DNA of 63,328 nt, filler included, from Reticulomyxa filosa (lineage: Eukaryota > Protista > Foraminifera), in NCBI GenBank assembly GCA_000512085.1. It is 16 parts of 16 records of this genome, joined end to end, with 100 filler letters (N's around TTAATTAATTAA, not from the genome) between each part and the next. Parts side by side here need not be neighbours in the genome. Positions count along the whole stretch, not along the records: positions 46,662 to 53,445 come from ASPP01016976.1; positions 53,546 to 62,212 come from ASPP01008978.1; positions 62,313 to 63,328 come from ASPP01012439.1; 13 more parts are not named here. One strand, written 5' to 3'. This document shows, in pieces, positions 51,525 through 63,328 of the stretch (positions are counted from its first letter, which is position 1; each line of letters starts with the position of its first letter). The position numbers and the translations under genes are program-made. The notes below the pieces were generated by a model. The model had not been told where the DNA came from and made no database searches. It saw only the letters and a list, made by a program, of their open reading frames with translations.

Positions 51525-53408
51525 TTAAAATTGATATGGATCTGTATTGTTTCCAATTTCTGTGTCATCATTAAGTCCGATAAAGTTTTGATCATCGCCT
51601 CCTTTTCCCAGTTCATTGTCATCAGTGTCAGCCTCATTGAATTGGCCGGCATCGTCCCAAAACTTGGTCACAAATGTGGCAGCCATGTTGAAACAGGGCT
51701 CTGAAAAGCTTTCTGACCCTTGAATTCGTTCCAAGTATTCGAGACCGTTGACTTCCTCCATTTTCCCTGCCCATTTGTTGAAAGCGTTTTCGGGTTGGTT
51801 AAAGTGCCTATTGTAAGTGATGATGCATTCATGCAATGCCTCCATGGCCATCATGACTACCTTTTCCGCGTCAAACGTCAACAGTTGCACCATTGCCTCA
51901 ATGAAGCCATACTTGACGAGAATCTGCGCTTGTGTAAATGAAGCAGAGCAAATGGCGTTGGAAAGACACCAGCCCGCCTCTTTACGGACGTTTACATCGT
52001 CGTAGAGACATAGCTTTATGACTTTGCTATTTATTTGTAAAGTGTATTCATTGAGTGTTGGATATTACCCATAGAAAACGCTAAAACAAATATGTTTTTT
52101 TTTTTTTTTTTTTGAAAAAAAAAAAGTAACAAAATATAACTCAATAAGTTCCTTTCGATGGAAAAATAGATCAATATGCTCGTGTAGTCCTGCAACAACA
52201 TTGGATAAAGCCCAACACGACTCTTTCTTGATATTCTTCACACGATGATCGAGACAAGTTTCAATGATATCAAAAAACCCAGCTTTTACCACTTCCAGTG
52301 TTTGCTCGTCGTTACCACTCACAATATTGCCCATTATACGCACACAAGGTGCAATCAAGAAATCACTCGTTGTTAACTTCTGTCGAACTTGGTTTGGGAT
52401 TTCAATATCACGACTTGGGTTTTCGTTTGCCGCTTGAATTTTCAACTAACCATTTTAGAACAAAGGAGCAAAAGGATCAACCACGCCAAAAAAAAAAAAA
52501 CAAATGAACGGTCGGGGAAAAAAAAAAAAGGTTCCGATAAGAATAAAAATATATGAATTTTCCAAAAAAAAAAAAAAACAAACACCTCATTTATTTCATT
52601 GAAAGCGTCCAGTGCCAATTGTTGCGCATGTTTCACCAGGGTGATAATGTATTTCATAACGCCGGTCTGAAGGATGGCATCGATTTGATAGTGATGGTAA
52701 TTATTATTCTCATTGTTATCGCCATTGGTCTCGTTCTCTTCTCGGTCTTCGCTTAGAAAGGAAATGGCCCACAAAATGTCGACTGTCACATCATAATCTT
52801 TCGTGTCGACGAGCAGAGCCACTAAGGGGGGTATCACCTTGGAGATTTTGTCCCAATCTGGAGGAGGTTTACCACGGCAAAAGTTGCTTATTGTCCATAC
52901 TGTGTTTCGCTTCATGTTCTCTGGAAAGCTGTCCAACTTTTCAATCATGAACTCTAGCACACCGCTCTTTTATTTTTGTGTTTTGCATTTGTGTGTATGT
53001 GCCTTTTTTTTTTTTTTAAATTAAAAAAAAAAAAAAAAAAAAAGGAAAAAAAAACCCCGCAGTTTCGCATCACATTTCAGCAACAATTCCATTCCAAAAA
53101 AAAGTTTGTGAATTAAAAAAATTGGGAAGGAAGAGCAAAGGAGAGGGAGAGGGAGAGGAGAGAGAGAAGATAAGAAAAAGAAAATTGATGTTTTATGTGA
53201 CAGTGTTTGTTTGCAAGTGAAAGATACCTGAATCACTTTGTCTCTGAGAGGGCAGCCGTCCCCAGCAATGTTTCCCAAGCACCAAATGGCTTGATCGATT
53301 GTTTCCTTGTCTTGCGTGTTCTTCAAGAGCGTCACAAGTGAGTCTATGCAGCCCATATCAACTAGTTTATGGGTATAATCTGACTCGCCACTGGCAACGT
53401 TGGTCAAA

Positions 53409-53411
<3 letters not shown>
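51525..53411 (-). CDS. KPNA: Importin subunit alpha (karyopherin alpha), 5'-truncated, multi-exon
   Basis: ARM repeats with W..N pairs: ALTNVASG, QAIWCLGNIAGD, RNTVWTISNFCRGKPPP, VRIMGNIVSGNDEQT, KKESCWALSNVVAG, RKEAGWCLSNA. Confidence 0.93.
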
Positions 53412-53445
<34 letters not shown>

Positions 53446-53545
53446 NNNNNNNNNNNNNNNNNNNNNNNNNNNNNNNNNNNNNNNNNNNNTTAATTAATTA
53501 ANNNNNNNNNNNNNNNNNNNNNNNNNNNNNNNNNNNNNNNNNNNN

Positions 53546-56500
53546 ACGATCACGATCACGACAACGATCACGATCATGATCACGGTCACGATCACGACAA
53601 CGATCACGATCATGATGCTAGCACGCAAGCCAAACATCATAGACAAAAATCAAGCAAAATCATCGACGAAGAAAGCGCAGAATTTATCATTAGCATGCAG
53701 GATAAATATCTACGAAATGAAAAAAATGGCATCTATTCAAAGTCTATACATAGTTTTAGGTATGCTTTTTTTTTTTACTCTATACTTTGTTGGAGGAAGA
53801 ATGATGTGTATACGCATGCACGCATGTGCATATATGTGTATGCATGTAACAAAGGCGACCAGCTAAAAATCTACTTTGAAATGCTCGAGGAGGACGAACA
53901 GGCATTACTGTGGAATAACACCAACTTGAGCGACCCAAAGTCATTGTTTGCCTTGGTGCTGGACAAGGCGTTGCAAAATCAGCAAATCAGCGAATTCACA
54001 CATATCTTGGCAGCTTTGGCGTTAATTCCAAGATCAAAACTCTATTTGTGGAGCGTCTTGGAAAAAGTCACATTGGCCAGCACCTGCGGCCATTTGGCAG
54101 ATCAGCTGCGCAAAGCGTGCGACAGCGGCTTGGATACTCGAACCAATCCAATGTCGCCACTCCAAACTACGGATCCAACGCAATTGAGTCAAAATGAGCT
54201 GCTGAGAATTTCTGAGCGCTTGGATGGTTTGAGTCCAACCTAATTTACATATATATATATACATGCACGTGCACGTGCACATGCACAAAATGGCTCTTTC
54301 TTTTTTATTTTTGTGACAACGGAAAGAGGCTCTGTTTTTTAATAATAATAATAATAATAAAAATTATTGATTGCATACGTACAGAGGGGACGGTTCCTGG
54401 AGTGAGTGAAATAAGACAATGGCTAAGCATCGCCGAAAAAGAAACTGTGGCCGATGAGGTGAGGATGTCCAAGAAAGAATTAAATGATTTGAATGTGCAA
54501 TTAGAAGACATTCGTCGGCAAAATATTGCATTGCGAAGTAGCAATAATTGGAACAAAATTAAACATCGAACGAATCAAATGCTATTGCAATTACAAAATG
54601 ACAAAATGTTATCACAGTTGCGCACGTTACAAGTGTGTTTTAACAATTCACACACTCTTTTGTTTCTCTGTGTTTTTTTTTTTTTTTTAAATTACATTAA
54701 CATTGTTATTGCCATTGTTCTCACCATTTTTTTTTTTCTTAAAAAAAAAAAAAAAAAAGGAAAACGCGAAAACACCACGCGTTGTCGAAACACAAACAAA
54801 AAAAGTATCGACATTACCAGTCTCTGCGCCTTCTTCAGGTGTTTGTTCTTGTCTTTTGTTGTTTTGTGTTTTTTTTCATTTTCCCAAACTCGATCATGAA
54901 TCTCTCCTCAATATATCTTTTGTGTGCGGCATCAAAAGTACAATATTTTTTTAAATATGTACGATGACATGGCCAATACACACGTATACAGCATCGACAA
55001 CTGCTCCTGTTCCTTCTGTAGCCCCACTCCCAACACTTGCTCCACTTCCTGGACAAGCACCTCTTCCAAAGCAGGCACCTCTCCCGGGCCAAGCTCCACT
55101 CCCTGGACAAGCTCCACTCCCTGGACAGGCTCCTCTCCCTGGACAAGCTCCTCTTCCTGGACAAGCTCCCCTTCCTGGACAAGCTCCTCTCCCTGGACAA
55201 GCTCCTCTCCCTGGACAAGCTCCGCTTCCAAAACAAGCACCACTTCCAGGGCAAGTTCCACACTCTACTGTTGCTCCGCTCCCCGGGCTAGCGCCACTCC
55301 CAGGACAGGCCCCACTCCCAGGACAAGCTCCACTCCCAGGACAGGCTCCACTCCCAGGACAGGCTCCACTCCCAGGACAGGCCCCACTCCCAGGACAGGC
55401 TCCACTCCCAGGACAAGCTCCACTTCCAGGACAAGCTCCACTCCCTACGGCTGCTCCTCTTCTTGGGCAGGCACCACTCCCAGGACAAGCTCCACCTCCT
55501 AATACTGCCCCACTTCCAGGACTGACACCTCTTCCAGGACTAGCACCTCTTCCAGGACTAGCGCCTCTTCCAGGACTGGCACCCCTCCCAAACAAAGCGC
55601 GGCTACCGAATGCTGCTCCACTTCCTGGAGCTGCTCCTATCCCCTTGGCATCTATACCAGGTATAATCTATGTGGTTGTAGATGTTTTCTGATTTTACTG
55701 AGATACTATGTCATTCAATCGTGTCCAAATAAGGTCCCATTTTGGAACCTATCAAAAGAAAGAGAGAATAATAAAATGAGTGAACAGCCATAATTGGCTT
55801 GTGAGTGGTGTCACAGCATATATGTATGCATAAAACGCAATATAAAACAAATCGACTGAAAACAGGCACCGCGCAATCTTGTGGCTACAATCAAAAGATG
55901 ACAGCCGACTGCACCAATTGCTGCGATGCGCCTCTACCAGGTAACCTTTGCAATGAGGAAGCATATCATAAGTATATATGTATACGTATGTATTTGCAGA
56001 TGTAAGATAAGGAAAGGCGAACAAACAAACAAACAAACAATCATGAAGCCTACAAATATATTTTACAAATACAATATAGGAATTGTCCCGCCATTATTTC
56101 CTTTTGTGACTTCGACTCCACTCCTGCCAGATCCTGCGAATATTCAATTGCCAATGTTGGGTTCTGCTAAGACAGCCAAGGCGCAAGGTCCAAAGCCCAG
56201 AGTCGAAATGAAGTCGTTGCATTGGGACTCGATGAGTAAACCCACGGAATTGAAAAACACCATTTGGAATGATATCAATACCGACAACATTAACATTGTG
56301 GTCAAGCACTCCAGCGAATCTTTGGACGAGAAAACGACTCCAGACGCGAAAGACAACGAAAAGAAAATACAAATTCAATTGAATGTTGACGAATTGGAGT
56401 CATTATTTTCCAGTGCAAAAAAACAGCCGGTCGGAAAGAAGAAAAAAGACGACAGCAGCGGCAAGTCCGAAGAAAAGACTGGCTCCGAAAAACCACAAAC

Positions 56501-58540
56501 CATATCGTTGTTGGCGGAGTTGGATAGTAAGAAACATTACACGGTGTGCATTGGGTTAAGTCGTCTCAAGCATACCTCCTTTGCGGTCCTTCGAGAATCA
56601 ATTCTTAACATGGACGAAAAGGAGTTAAATTTGGAGCTACTCACGAAATTGGTCACGTTTGTTCCGAGTGAAAGTGAGCAAGAGTATTATCAAAACTGGA
56701 AAGGGGATGACACACGATTGGAACTTGCAGATCAGTTCTTCTATACATTGCGTGATATTGACTCTTTGGAGCGACGCTTGAATTTGTGGATATTCAAATT
56801 GCAATTCCAAGAGCTTTTTGACGATTATCGCAGCAAAGTAAAGATCCTTGTCAATGCGTACGATGCTATCAAAACTAGTGCGCCATTCAAACAATGGATG
56901 TCCTATGTCTTAGTTGTTGGTAATTACATGAACTGTGGTGGCCGAAAAGGAAATGCCAAAGGATTTCGGTTGAGTTCACTGTTCCAATTGAATCAATCCA
57001 AATCTACTGATGGTTAGTATACGTGTGTGTGCATGTGAAATATACATCTACACATACATAGATGTACATATATTTCTTTTTTTTTTTTGCTATTACGTTT
57101 CCCATAGGCAAACAAACCTTGTTGGCATTCATGTTGCAACAATGTCGAACTTTGCATCCTGATGCATTGACGTTTCTTAAAGAATTTGAACAAACCTTAC
57201 CATTAGCCGCTCGACGTATCTTTGTTTTCCTATTTTGGCTACTCCTTTTTTTTTTTTGTTTGCTTGCTTTGGCGTGTTGTTTGCTAAGGTGGCTCTTTTT
57301 ATAAACAAATAGAGGACTTAAATCAACTGGAGAGCGATATAAAAGGATTAGGTAGTAAATTGGATGAAATTAAGAAGATCATCAAGACCAATGAAAAAAA
57401 AAATGCTGAAGATTTGTTTGTGAGTGTAATGGACCAATTCCAGCGATCCAAGTTTCCGGAATTCCAAAAATTAGAAATCGATTTTAAAACAATTGTGAAG
57501 AGCTGTAAAGAATTGGGGTATTACTTTTTAAATTTTTTTTTGTACTCTTCCCTTTCAAACACACTTTTTACATTTTTTTTTCCTCTTGCTCTCATTTAGC
57601 AAATAACAATCAATAGCACATATTTGGGTGAAAAAGATATGGAGCCATTAGAGTGTATTAAAAAACTCGACTCGTTTCGAACTGAATGCCAAGACTGTTC
57701 AGTACAATTTTTTTCCGTTCTTATCAGCTACTTTTTTGCAGTGAACATATGTCGCATAAAATAAATGTAAAAATATACTTCAGTAATCGCCAAATTTGAA
57801 AAAAAAGAAGCAACAGAAAGACAAAAAAAAAATAAGGAAGAATACGAGCGCGAACGAAAAGCCAAATTAAAGGAAGAAAGAGAAAAAAAAAGCAAATGAC
57901 TACATTCAAACCAAAAGAGACTCAAGCAAAGGCGCTTCCAAAAAAAGCATTGCCTGATTCCTCAATACCGGCGTTGGCGACACAGAACATCTCAAAACCA
58001 ACAGAAAAAAAAAAAGATGTCAATACTAATTTAAACAAAATGAAGATGAGCACAATGGGCTCGTTGGCGATGATAAGTTCACAATTACAAGACGCATACA
58101 AAATAGAGCAAGGAACTGAGGTTAATTATCATTTGTGTTTTGTGTGTCGTATACGAACCCTCTGTTATGTGTTAATAACTCATTTTCTGTTTCCAGCTTC
58201 GTAACAGAGTCACAATGAATCAAATCCAAAATCGAAGAATGCGACATTCTGTCTACGTTGCAAATGCACATCAATCAGACGAGCCTGACAAACATGATAT
58301 TGTGAGAGGAGTCAATGCAAATGTGATACCCACCAAACCCACGAGGTATGACCAAAAAAAATCATAAAATGACTGTCAACAAATTTATTATATTTGAACA
58401 GGCCTCAGAGTGGAGAAAAGGTTTCTCTTGAATTACCTTTCCTTCGAAATCTGGCGATAAATGCGTTGCAAGGCAATTCCAGTTCAAAATCAAACACAAA
58501 ACAACAAGAAAAGAAGACCAATGGAAAGATTTCTCAGTAA
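53546..58540 (+). CDS. Formin (FH1-like repeat plus FH2), 5'-truncated, many exons
   Basis: FH2 motifs MKSLHWD, NTIW, ELESLF, CIGLSRL, ADQFF, LVVGNYMN.G..GNAKGFRLSSL..L...KSTDG, TLLAF. Coiled coil upstream. Stop TAA 58540. Confidence 0.93.
55003..55644 (+). repeat. Coding 18-bp tandem repeat, about 36 units of (APLPGQ)
   Basis: GCTCC(A/T)CT(C/T)CC(A/T)GGACA(A/G) units in strict register, with variation mostly at synonymous positions. Confidence 0.97.
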
Positions 58541-58984
58541 ATCTAAACTATTAAATCCAATTGTTTCCAAGCAAAACGACGAAATCAATTTTTTTAATAT
58601 TTTTTGTTTTGAATGAATTTATATTTTTAAGTAGATCCAAACATCAGAAATTGCATGGAATTTTTAATGCTTTTTATTGAAATAAAAAAGCGCTTTGAAG
58701 AGCTAATAAAAGATGCGCAAAGTTGATTAATAAACAAAAAGAACAAAAGAGCGCATTACCCAGTTCTTTTAAGAGCACTTTTTATTTGTTCCCAACAAAT
58801 ATAATTAATTAAAGGCAAAAAAAAAAAATAGGAACTTTGCACCCAAGCATTGATCTTTTACTAAACTCAAAAATATACCTTGCACTCAAAATTTGATAAT
58901 GTATTAAAAAAGCAAAATTGCCACAAATGTATACTTATTTTTGATGCAAATTTTAAAATGAGTACCTTGCCTGTTTTTAAATCA

Positions 58985-61608
58985 TTATCCTGTCGGAGGT
59001 CCTTCCAACTTGATGTCAAATTTGTTATCCGCAGTTTCTTTTGGTGGTTCAATAGTAACTAATTCAGCAGTTTCAGCTGATGTTGCATCTAATCATAATT
59101 ACATTCAAATGCACAATTTGCTCACATAAAAAAACCTATAAAAAAATAGAAAAATCGTACCAGAGGATTTCTTGCTTTTTTTATTTTTGAATTTTTTCTC
59201 TTCCTCGTCATCATTTTCGGCTTTTTCTTTATCTGCTTCACTATCAGAGTCAGACATATCGTCTGGAACTTTGGGTTCAGTGTGAAGAGGCGGGCTAGTG
59301 ATATCGTCAGCGTCTTCATCCAATAATTGACCTCGAAATTTTTCTAAGGATCGATTGCGAATATATAAATATAATGACACGGCAATGAACACGATAACCA
59401 AAATAGTGACTATTGAGATTGCTACTTGCAATCCAACATGACTGTCCGAATGAGATGCAGCAGCGGTCGTGGTAGTGGACGGTTGAATGGATGTTTCACA
59501 CCAGTCGCCTTCAAAATTAGCGTCACACAAACATCGCACTGAGCCAGCAATAGGATCAGCAGCACATATGCCTCGTCCATTGCACACAGTATATTGGGAT
59601 CCATCGCCTACGCATTGGTAAGGGCAGGCCGCAGCTGTTTCCCAAGTCAAAGAGTAGTGACACAAATGAGCATCCGATTCTTCAACGTAAGAAGTGAGGC
59701 TCAGAGTTTTTTCAGGGCTCGGATATTTCTTGGCGGAAGACGGACATACAAAGTTGATTGTAAATTCACGATTGGTCTATTTTTATTTGTTGTTTAAAGT
59801 ATGGATGGATAGCTGGATGAAAATGATATTTACATCTGGATATGAATGACATAGAGAAAAGATAGAAAGAGAGAGAGGAGGAGCACTAACGTTTTCACTG
59901 GCACAATACCCGCCATCCAAGTAGGTGAATGATACCCCCCTTGCCGGGTCTTGCGAATCGTATAGCGCCCATTTATAAGAATTTCCACGAGCCAACAAGT
60001 TACAGTTATTATTGTCCGAATTTATTTGAAATGCTGCGCCAACTGGTTTTTTTTTTTTTTTAGAAAATACCAAAAGATTTGGACATGCAAATTGAGAAAA
60101 TCGTTAACACAAAACAAAACAAAACAAAATAAAAAAACAATTAATTAACGAGTATCCCCATTTTTCTCACTAAAGGAGCTGTCGCAATTGCTGGTGCATG
60201 GACCCAGAGCCTCACCACAATCTTTGCTGAGATCGGATGGAACATTACCGAGAAAATTCCAAACATAACTAAAAACGGTATCATTACCTTTGACTGTATA
60301 AGCGGTGTCTGTCAAGTGAAACGGCGAGAGATCGTAAGTCACATTCACATTCGTAACTTGCGTCTCTCCTTCAAGGTTATTCCACGTGACGTTTGAAATA
60401 AAAGTATGCATATAAGCATCAGGTATTCGATTTGAAGTCAAAGCCTTGTAAGCTTTTGTTCCAACTTCCTATTCATTCCATCCACATTTCATGGTGTGTT
60501 TAATTTGTATTTCGATTTCACACTTAGTTTTTTTTTTTTTTTTTTCAAAAAAAAAAAAAAAAACTATTAAACTTCTTCACATGCGGCTCCACCACGATTC
60601 CAATAGCAAAAACAGCCTGCTTTTGTGTTTTGCCAGTCATAGGAACACAGTCCATTGCCCCCGCACAGCGAATGGCCATAGATACCGCACTGGGTCGGAC
60701 ATCCGTATATCGATTTAATCGTCATGTAATAAGTACACGTTTCTGGCTCATATACATTCTCCCCGTCTGGAATATTGTAATAGTCGTTTTCGCATTCGAA
60801 ACGCAAGGTCAGTTTACGATTGCGCTAATTTCAGTTGTTATTACATTACCATCAGAAGGGTCACTCATTACACAAAAGTTTTTTTTTTTCCCTTCCGTCC
60901 CCCACCCCCCCCCTTTTTTTTTAAACAGAACAATTCCAATAGAAAGCTAACTCCGGCCGTATCACACCATTCCCCATTCGTATACACGAGCTCAACACCT
61001 TTGGCCGGTTCATCTGGGTCCAACAACTGAAAATTGTTGAAATCAGAGTCCGTATTGGATACTGGATGACAGACAGTTGTATTATCAGTCTTCTTGTATT
61101 GCGTTTGATAAGCGAATCCTTATTATGAATTTATCGTTATTATTACATGTGATTTTAACTTGTTTAATATACACGTATATATATATGTATATGTAATCAC
61201 TGTTTACACATGTATTTTTTATTTTGATATTCTCGTATATTCGCCAGTTTTAATTTTATATGATTTGTGCACAATGCTCATACCTGCTCCTGATATTGGT
61301 ACCATGTTGCATTTGCCTTCAATTTTTTCGCACCAGTCGTAGCTACCACTGCACTCACTTGGAATAATCGACACTTTTCCACAAATATTGAACTTGTACA
61401 CAAATTCGTCTTCTGTATTATCATCACCTCCATATCGTGCATCTTTCACAGAATAATAGTCCAATTGAGAGGATTGAGTTAGTTTCAACGGCGACAAGTC
61501 GAAGACTATACCTTCACCTCCAACCCATTCGCAGCTTTGTGTTTTCACAAGGCAAAACCAAAGCCAAAACCAAACGAAAGAAAAAAAAAAACGATCCATT
61601 ATTGCCAT
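58985..61608 (-). CDS. Type I membrane protein: signal peptide, MRH (mannose-6-phosphate receptor homology), EGF, MRH, EGF, TM, acidic tail
   Basis: First unit: FDLSPL...YKFNICG, GVELVYTNGEWC, CTYYMTIKSIYGCP, then CGGNGLC...CFC. Second unit: YDLSPF...GVSFTYLDGGYC...CHYSLTWETAAACP, then CNGRGIC...CLC. TM VAISIVTILVIVFIAVSLYLYI. One frameshift near 59745. Confidence 0.8.
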
Positions 61609-61790
61609 TATTTTTATGCAATCTAAATTTTTTTGTTAAACGTAGTGCCCTTTTTTCGTTGTAAAGTTGACAGTCAAATGTAAACATCAACATGATATCA
61701 GCAAAATTTTTTTTAAAAAGGTTTATATGCTGATATCATGAATATCGATATTTTTAGATGTGTCTACAAGGTTTGATAATCCAAAGGTAT

Positions 61791-61997
61791 TGTAGATTCC
61801 TTGTTTTAACTTTCAAGCAACCTTGGAACCTCCATTGGTTAAATTCTCACAACAACACTTTCTCTTTTCTTGTTTTCATTTTATTCTTTATTTCGTGAAT
61901 TATTTTTATTTAATTTCATTTTACTAAAATTTTGTTCTCGGAACAAAGTTCATTTGTATTAAACTTAGTCGTAACTCACTGCTTGGCCATTGCTACA
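61791..61997 (+). mobile_element. Solo LTR-like element (TGTAG...CTACA, 207 bp)
   Basis: 5-bp terminal inverted repeat. Internal GGTTAAATTCTCACAACAACACTTTCTCTTTTCT resembles the 21670 and 45556 copies. Flanks GTAT/GTAG are an imperfect TSD. Confidence 0.45.
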
Positions 61998-62324
61998 GTA
62001 GATTGCAGAAAAAACTGTAATACATAAGTGACACACTTATAAATATAATCAATTTTCTCCATGAAAAATAAACATTTAACCTTAATTTTTTTTTTAATAC
62101 ATAAAAATATTGTAGTTTTTAAATATGAAATTTGATGATGATTTTTCAAAATTCTGCAGGAATGCATATAAATCTGATATGTGTTGCAAATAAGCAATTT
62201 TTAAATTTTTTGNNNNNNNNNNNNNNNNNNNNNNNNNNNNNNNNNNNNNNNNNNNNTTAATTAATTAANNNNNNNNNNNNNNNNNNNNNNNNNNNNNNNN
62301 NNNNNNNNNNNNGCCCCTTTCATC

Positions 62325-63328
62325 ATGCGCCGTTGCCTGCTGTTCATTGCCCTGTTGCCGTTGACCGCCCACGCTGCCCTCGACTACCGCGTCGACATCG
62401 TGGCACCGGACAACCTGAAAGCCTTGCTGGAGGCCAACCTCGACCTCACCCAGCTGCGCGAGGACGAGGCGCTGCGCGACAGCGACCTGCAAGCGATGGT
62501 GGGCAGCACGCCGGACGAGGTGAAAAAGCTGCTGGAAACCGAGGGTTATTTCTCGCCGCAGGTGAGCGTGCAGCAGGACGGCAATACGGTACGGGTCAGC
62601 GTGGCGCCGGGCGAGCCGGTGATGGTGTTCGACGTCAACGTCACCTTCACCGGCCCGGTGCGGCAGGAGGCCGATTACAGCCAGTTCATCCGCACCGCGC
62701 TGGAAGAGTGGCTGCTGCCGATTGGCGGCCAGTTCCGCCAGGACGACTGGGACAGCAGCAAGAAGGGCGTGCTGCGCCCCTGCTGTTGCAGCGTTTTCCG
62801 CTGGCGCGCATTACCGAGGCGCGAGCCGATATCGACCCGGTGGCGCGGCGCGCCGAACTGAACGTCACGGTAGACAGCGGCCCGCGCATCAGCTTTGGCC
62901 CCATCCGTGTCGAAGGGGCGCAGCGTTACCCCGAATCCGTCATCCGGGGCAGGCCAACTTCCGCCAGGGCAGCCCCTACAAGCAGGCCGACCTGCTGGCC
63001 TACCAGTCCAGCCTGGAAGCCGACAGCCACTACAGCAACGTGGTGGTGGCACCGCAATGGGAAGCGCGTGACGGCGAACAGGTGCCGATCCAGGTGATCG
63101 TCAACGAGGTGAAGCGGCAAAAGCTGGATGCCGGTTTCAACTTCAGTACCGGCGACGGCCCCGGCGTGCGCCTGGGTTACGAGCACTACAACATTTTCAA
63201 GCGCGGCTATACCGGCTCGGTGGTTTACGACTGGAAAAAGTCGCGCCAACAGCTGGACCTCGGCCTGGGCTTTCCGCGTACCGCCAGCGGCTACTCGCAT
63301 GCCATCAACCTGCGCCGCAGCCATAGCG
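62325..63328 (+). CDS. tamA: Bacterial translocation and assembly module TamA (Omp85 family), partial, frameshifted; contaminant or associated bacterium
   Basis: GC-rich and intronless. Signal peptide, POTRA-like LLETEGYFSPQV, GEPV, FRQDDWDSSK, VTVDSGPRISFGPI, and barrel start GFNFSTGDGPGVRLGYEHYNIF. Frameshifts near 62780 and 62950. Confidence 0.85.

Noticed and set aside
54835-55595. Cys-rich (GACPGS)n and other long ORFs on alternative frames and strands
   Set aside because: Shadows of the 18-bp formin repeat. The synonymous-site pattern supports the APLPGQ frame.
1-62212. Alternative genetic code or stop-codon reassignment
   Set aside because: Conserved genes read through without internal stops and end in TAA, TAG or TGA. 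Apparent stops fall in introns or decayed sequence.
1554-62312. Recurring TTAATTAATTAA motif and ORFs ending in XXX...LIN
   Set aside because: Artificial six-frame-stop spacers. Any apparent gene clustering across them, such as importin-alpha near transportin, is meaningless.
1-63328. tRNA, rRNA, snRNA genes or CRISPR arrays
   Set aside because: No convincing cloverleaf, conserved rRNA/snRNA motif or repeat-spacer array was seen. A covariance-model search would be needed to exclude small ncRNAs.

Overview
This window is not one locus. It is 16 unrelated short contigs joined by 15 identical 100-nt spacers (N44-TTAATTAATTAA-N44). Fifteen contigs come from an AT-rich, intron-rich eukaryote using the standard code; gene style suggests a foraminiferan/rhizarian such as Reticulomyxa, which is inference only. 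The last contig (62313-63328) is a GC-rich bacterial tamA fragment. A residual 454 FLX paired-end linker and many homopolymer frameshifts point to pyrosequencing. Recognisable genes: transportin-1, importin-alpha, HisRS, ALG14, Rlp7/RPL7L1, an SF1-like KH protein, an M20D amidohydrolase, a PsuG-PsuK fusion, a formin, an EEP hydrolase, a WD40 protein, a GYF_2 protein, an EF-hand protein, an MRH-EGF receptor, a Pmp-like repeat protein and two G-protein gamma subunits. There are also LTR and LINE remnants. Most notable observations: (1) both G-gamma paralogues complete their CaaX box through a 7-nt terminal coding exon at the same intron position; (2) splice donors are mostly GTY rather than GTRAGT, with A-rich acceptors; (3) HisRS has a KOW/SH3-like insertion in its anticodon-binding domain; (4) the formin FH1 is about 36 in-register APLPGQ hexapeptides with no polyproline; (5) the PfkB kinase half carries Asn at the catalytic Asp; (6) there is a dispersed family of ~190-207-bp TGTAG...TACA LTRs. 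All exon models were built by eye and need RNA-seq confirmation.
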